A stretch of DNA of 64,000 nt. It comes from an uncultured Legionellales bacterium (GTDB lineage: Bacteria; Pseudomonadota; Gammaproteobacteria; UBA1113). The stretch spans positions 21,994 to 85,993 of the forward strand of contig CAMFJL010000004.1 in NCBI GenBank assembly GCA_945957175.1, given 5' to 3'. Position 1 is the stretch's first letter, and every line of letters begins with the position of its first letter. Under the pieces are notes generated by a model that was not told the DNA's origin, made no database searches, and saw nothing but the letters and a program-made list of their open reading frames with translations. Positions 59,711 through 64,000 of this stretch are shown here, piece by piece. The position numbers were made by a program, and so were the translations under genes.

Positions 59711-60871
59711 ATGTATACAACGCTTCAATTTGGCCATGACCATACCCTTGAACTGCTACGCGACACCGTTCGCGCTTTTGCAGCATCACATATCGCCCCA
59801 AGAGCTCACGACATTGATCGCGATAACGCATTTCCTCGCGATTTATGGCCACTCATGGGTGAGCTTGGTCTTCATGGCATGACGGTGTCTGAAGCCGATG
59901 GTGGCATTGGTCTTGGTTATCTTGCGCACGCCATTGTGATGGAAGAAATCTCACGCGCAAGCGGCGCTGTTGGCTTAAGCTATGGCGCGCATTCTAATTT
60001 GTGTATTAATCAAATCAGTTTAAATGCTAATGCCGAGCAAAAACAGCGCTATTTGCCTAAATTGATAAGTGGTGAACATGTCGGGGCTTTGGCAATGAGT
60101 GAGGCTAATGCGGGTTCAGATGTCACGAACATGTGCCTTGATGCCAAAACTGTCGATGGCGGCTATCTCCTCAATGGCACCAAAATGTGGATAACCAATG
60201 GCCCAGATGCAGATGTTCTTGTTGTGTATGCAAAAACCGATCCAACCGCTGGCAGCAAAGGCATTAGTACGTTTCTCATTGAGAAAGGCATGACTGGTTT
60301 TAAAACTGCACAAAAACTTGATAAGTTGGGTATGCGTGGCTCCAGCACCTGTGAACTTATCTTTGAGGATTGCTTTGTACCTGCAGAAAACCTGATGGGT
60401 GAGATAAACCAAGGCGTCAAAGTGCTCATGCGTGGTTTAGATTATGAACGCGTCATCCTCGCGGCAGGTCCTGTTGGCCTTATGCAAGCCTGTGTTGATG
60501 TTGTACTACCCTACGTACATGAACGTCAACAATTTGGTAAACCCATCGGTGAGTTTCAACTCATTCAAGGGCGACTGGCTGACATGTACACAACCTTAAA
60601 CGCATCGAGAGCCTACCTTTATGCTGTTGCCAGTGCTTGCGATCGTCGTGAAACAACACGTAAGGATGCTGCTGGCGTCATCTTGTTCACCGCTGAGCAA
60701 GCCACACAAATGGCCTTATCTGCCATTCAATGCTTAGGCGGCAATGGCTATGTTAACGAATACCCAACAGGACGCTTACTTCGCGATGCCAAACTCTATG
60801 AAATTGGTGCAGGCACTTCCGAAGTGCGCCGTATGTTGATTGGTCGTGAATGGTTTCAAGAAACCCTTTAA
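59711..60871 (+). CDS. ivd: Isovaleryl-CoA dehydrogenase
   Basis: [43 protein letters not shown]. Confidence 0.95.
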   Translation: MYTTLQFGHDHTLELLRDTVRAFAASHIAPRAHDIDRDNAFPRDLWPLMGELGLHGMTVSEADGGIGLGYLAHAIVMEEISRASGAVGLSYGAHSNLCINQISLNANAEQKQRYLPKLISGEHVGALAMSEANAGSDVTNMCLDAKTVDGGYLLNGTKMWITNGPDADVLVVYAKTDPTAGSKGISTFLIEKGMTGFKTAQKLDKLGMRGSSTCELIFEDCFVPAENLMGEINQGVKVLMRGLDYERVILAAGPVGLMQACVDVVLPYVHERQQFGKPIGEFQLIQGRLADMYTTLNASRAYLYAVASACDRRETTRKDAAGVILFTAEQATQMALSAIQCLGGNGYVNEYPTGRLLRDAKLYEIGAGTSEVRRMLIGREWFQETL

Positions 60872-60913
60872 TTCAAACGGCCCCACAGCCCTTCTTATAC
60901 CAGGAGAAAACCT

Positions 60914-62095
60914 ATGTCCCATGATATCGTGATTGTCGGCGCAAAGCGCACCCCCATCGGTGGTCTACTTGGTGATCTAAGTACCCTGACTGCCTCAGCG
61001 CTTGGTGCAGCTGCTATTCGTGCAGCACTCACACAAGCGAATGTTGACGCCAATACTCTGCAAGAAGTTTTTATGGGTAATGTCTTGAGTGCTGGTCAAG
61101 GCCAAGCCCCGGCACGCCAAGCAGCTATTGCAGCAGCTTGTCCAGTAAGTGTTGGTGCAACGACCATCAATAAAATGTGTGGTTCAGGCCTGAAAGCCAT
61201 TATGTTGGCACACGACTTACTCAAAGCGGGCACAGGCCACATTTTTGCAGCTGGCGGCATGGAAAGCATGAGCCAAGCGCCTTATCTTCTTAAAAAAGCG
61301 AGAGCGGGTTATCGGCTTGGCCACGGTGAATTACTCGATCATATGTTTCTAGATGGTTTGGAAGATGCTTATGACACCGGCAAGCTGATGGGCGTGTTTG
61401 CAGAATATTGTGCGGATGCGTTTCATTTTGATAGAGAAACGCAAGATGATTATGCCATTGCATCGCTTGAGCGTGCGCAAGATGCACTTCGTCGTGGTGC
61501 TTTTATGCCAGAAATCACTCCTATTACAATAACAAGTAAATTAGGCGAAACCGTTATTTCTCAGGATGAGCTCCCACTAAAAGCAAAACTTGATAAAATT
61601 CGCCAATTAAAACCTGCATTTAAAGCAGATGGCACAGTCACCCCTGCAAATGCCAGTTCTATTTCTGATGGCGCTGCTGCCGTCATTATCACAACGGCTG
61701 AGTATGCTAAAGCCCAAGGATTAAAACCGCTTGCACGCGTCGTCGGCCACTCAACCTTTGCCCAAGAACCTGCTTGGTTTACCACAGCACCTGTAGGCGC
61801 CATGCAACAATTGCTAAACCAAATTCAATGGGATAGCCGCGATGTTGACTTGTATGAAATCAATGAAGCTTTTGCCGTGGTTGCCCTAGCTGCCACCAAA
61901 GAGCTGGGCCTGTCACGTGATCAAGTGAATATCTTTGGCGGCGCTTGCGCCCTCGGGCACCCGATAGGCGCATCGGGTGCTCGTATTCTTGTTACGCTTA
62001 TCAACGCTTTGCAGCACCAAAAACTAAAACGCGGTGTTGCCAGCCTTTGCATTGGTGGCGGTGAGGCTGTTGCGATGGCCATTGAGTTAATCTAG
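60914..62095 (+). CDS. Acetyl-CoA C-acyltransferase (thiolase)
   Basis: [24 protein letters not shown]. Confidence 0.93.
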   Translation: MSHDIVIVGAKRTPIGGLLGDLSTLTASALGAAAIRAALTQANVDANTLQEVFMGNVLSAGQGQAPARQAAIAAACPVSVGATTINKMCGSGLKAIMLAHDLLKAGTGHIFAAGGMESMSQAPYLLKKARAGYRLGHGELLDHMFLDGLEDAYDTGKLMGVFAEYCADAFHFDRETQDDYAIASLERAQDALRRGAFMPEITPITITSKLGETVISQDELPLKAKLDKIRQLKPAFKADGTVTPANASSISDGAAAVIITTAEYAKAQGLKPLARVVGHSTFAQEPAWFTTAPVGAMQQLLNQIQWDSRDVDLYEINEAFAVVALAATKELGLSRDQVNIFGGACALGHPIGASGARILVTLINALQHQKLKRGVASLCIGGGEAVAMAIELI

Positions 62096-62102
62096 GAGAA
62101 CT

Positions 62103-63713
62103 TTGATGGCTATCATGACGAGTATGGTCAATACCCAGACTGAAGAGTTCCAACGCAATGACGAAACCCATCGTCAGTTAGCCGATATACTGAAAATCCG
62201 TATTGCTAAAATAGCGGAAGGCGGCGGCCCTAAAGCATCCGAGCGTCATCAATCGCGCGGCAAATTGTTGCCAAGAGAACGGGTTGCAGCATTACTAGAT
62301 ATCGGCAGTCCTTTCCTTGAATTAAGCCCGCTTGCCGCCTATGAAGTGTATGAAGATGAGGTGCCTGCGGCTGGCCTTATCACGGGTATTGGTTTGATTG
62401 CTGGGCAAGAATGTATGATCATTGCCAATGACGCCACAGTCAAAGGTGGCACTTACTACCCTCTGACTGTCAAAAAACATTTACGTGCTCAGACAATTGC
62501 TTTTGAAAATCGCCTACCTTGCATTTATTTGGTAGATTCTGGTGGTGCATTTTTACCCAAACAAGATGAAGTTTTCCCTGATAGGGATCATTTTGGACGC
62601 ATTTTTTACCACCAAGCCCAAATGTCGCGTGCAGGGATTCCACAGTTAGCCGTCGTCATGGGCTCATGTACTGCCGGTGGTGCTTATATTCCCGCCATGG
62701 CTGATGAGTCCATTATGGTAAAAAATCAAGCCACCATCTTTTTAGCAGGACCGCCGCTTGTGAAAGCTGCAACAGGTGAAATTGTCAGTGCAGAGGCCTT
62801 AGGTGGCGCTGACGTACATTGCAAACAATCGGGTGTCTCTGATTACTATGCGGATGATGATACACATGCACTCGCGATTGCAAGAGAATTAGTGTCACAT
62901 CTCAATCGCGATAAAAGCCTGCCTTTTCCTACCATTGAAGTAAAACCACCACGATATAGCGCTGATGAATTATATGGTATTATTCCAACAGATCCGAGAA
63001 AACCCCTTGATGTCAGAGAAATTATCATGCGTATCATCGATGACTCTGATTTTACCGAATATAAAATGCATTTTGGCACAACACTCGTCTGTGGTTTCGC
63101 ACATATTTTTGGTTATCCTGTTGGCATCGTTGCCAATCAAGGTATTTTATTCTCTGAGTCCGCACAAAAAGGAGCTAATTTTATCGAGCTTTGTGGGCAG
63201 CGAAAAATACCACTTATCTTTTTGCAAAATATTACTGGGTTTATGGTTGGTAGTAAATATGAAGCCGGCGGCATCGCGAAACATGGTGCAAAAATGGTAA
63301 ATGCCGTAAGCTGTGTGAGCGTACCTAAACTAACAGTGATTATTGGCAGTAGCTACGGTGCAGGTAATTATGGCATGTGCGGTCGTGCCTTTGATCCGCG
63401 CTTTGTTTGGATGTGGCCACAAGCAAAAATCGGCGTGATGGGCGGTGAGCAAGCGGCAAGTGTATTGGCTGAAGTCGCAAAAGAAAAACGGACACGTGCC
63501 GGTGAGTCTTGGACACCAGAAGAAGAACAAGCACTGAAAGAACCTATCTTACAAGAATACCAATGTAAAAACAGTGCTTATTATGCAAGTGCACGCCTTT
63601 GGGATGATGGGGTTATCGATCCCAAGGACACACGTATGGTCTTGGGACTTGCTATCAGCGCATGTTTAAATGCACCCATACCCGAATCAACCTATGGTAT
63701 ATGGCGGATGTAA
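62103..63713 (+). CDS. liuB: Methylcrotonoyl-CoA carboxylase beta subunit
   Basis: [42 protein letters not shown]; follows ivd. Confidence 0.93.
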   Translation: MMAIMTSMVNTQTEEFQRNDETHRQLADILKIRIAKIAEGGGPKASERHQSRGKLLPRERVAALLDIGSPFLELSPLAAYEVYEDEVPAAGLITGIGLIAGQECMIIANDATVKGGTYYPLTVKKHLRAQTIAFENRLPCIYLVDSGGAFLPKQDEVFPDRDHFGRIFYHQAQMSRAGIPQLAVVMGSCTAGGAYIPAMADESIMVKNQATIFLAGPPLVKAATGEIVSAEALGGADVHCKQSGVSDYYADDDTHALAIARELVSHLNRDKSLPFPTIEVKPPRYSADELYGIIPTDPRKPLDVREIIMRIIDDSDFTEYKMHFGTTLVCGFAHIFGYPVGIVANQGILFSESAQKGANFIELCGQRKIPLIFLQNITGFMVGSKYEAGGIAKHGAKMVNAVSCVSVPKLTVIIGSSYGAGNYGMCGRAFDPRFVWMWPQAKIGVMGGEQAASVLAEVAKEKRTRAGESWTPEEEQALKEPILQEYQCKNSAYYASARLWDDGVIDPKDTRMVLGLAISACLNAPIPESTYGIWRM

Positions 63714-63714
63714 T

Positions 63715-64000
63715 ATGATTGAACAAACCAAAAAACTGATGTTATCAACGCAATGGGTGGGCTTTAGCACTATTCTCAATAAAGAAACTGTACGCTTTTT
63801 GCGAATTTGGTCACAAACCTTATTACCATCTGCTATCACCACAACACTTTATTTTGTGATCTTTGGCCATTTAATTGGACAACGTGTTGGTCTCATTGAT
63901 GGTATCACTTATATGCAGTACATTGTACCTGGTCTGGTGATGATGGCTATTATTACCAGTGCCTATAGTAATGTATCTAGCTCTTTCTTTGGACTTAAGT
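63715..64000 (+). CDS. yadH: ABC-2 type permease YadH-like, 5' part (runs off the window)
   Basis: Manual translation: ...KETVRFLRIWSQTLLPSAITTTLYFVIFGHLIG...YMQYIVPGLVMMAIITSAYSNVSSSFF. Confidence 0.85.
   Translation, partial: MIEQTKKLMLSTQWVGFSTILNKETVRFLRIWSQTLLPSAITTTLYFVIFGHLIGQRVGLIDGITYMQYIVPGLVMMAIITSAYSNVSSSFFGLK

Overview
A 64-kb chromosomal window from a gammaproteobacterium. The LssY-type DedA/PAP2 fusion, EnhA-like L,D-transpeptidase, class B acid phosphatase, large ankyrin/LRR proteins and a PmrA-like box suggest a Legionellales/Coxiellales-like intracellular organism (inference). The housekeeping backbone is mraZ (5' part), lpxK-msbA-comEC-nhaA-dnaQ-rnhA, mltD, sspB, fadE, lipBA, mutH, yggU-corB-ypjD, aroA, gltA, ivd-thiolase-mccB and yadH (partial). 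The accessory content has five parts. (1) An AT-rich cassette with an NYH-type cyclodipeptide synthase and an unusual MATE transporter, next to a soluble PAS hybrid histidine kinase. (2) A 1916-aa RelE-like/SF1 helicase/21-ankyrin fusion behind a PmrA-like promoter. (3) Integrase-less tandem islets at tRNA-Val(GAC): one carries a four-gene candidate defence operon (RloA-RloB, a DUF2971-like protein and a nucleotide-cyclase-like protein), the other a large ankyrin effector. (4) Orphan RhuM-type palindromes clustered near the islet borders. (5) Intact ORFs for AroA and PyrD paralogues that lack catalytic motifs, plus a dispersed ERIC-like MITE family. All protein family calls come from motif recognition by eye; no database searches were run.
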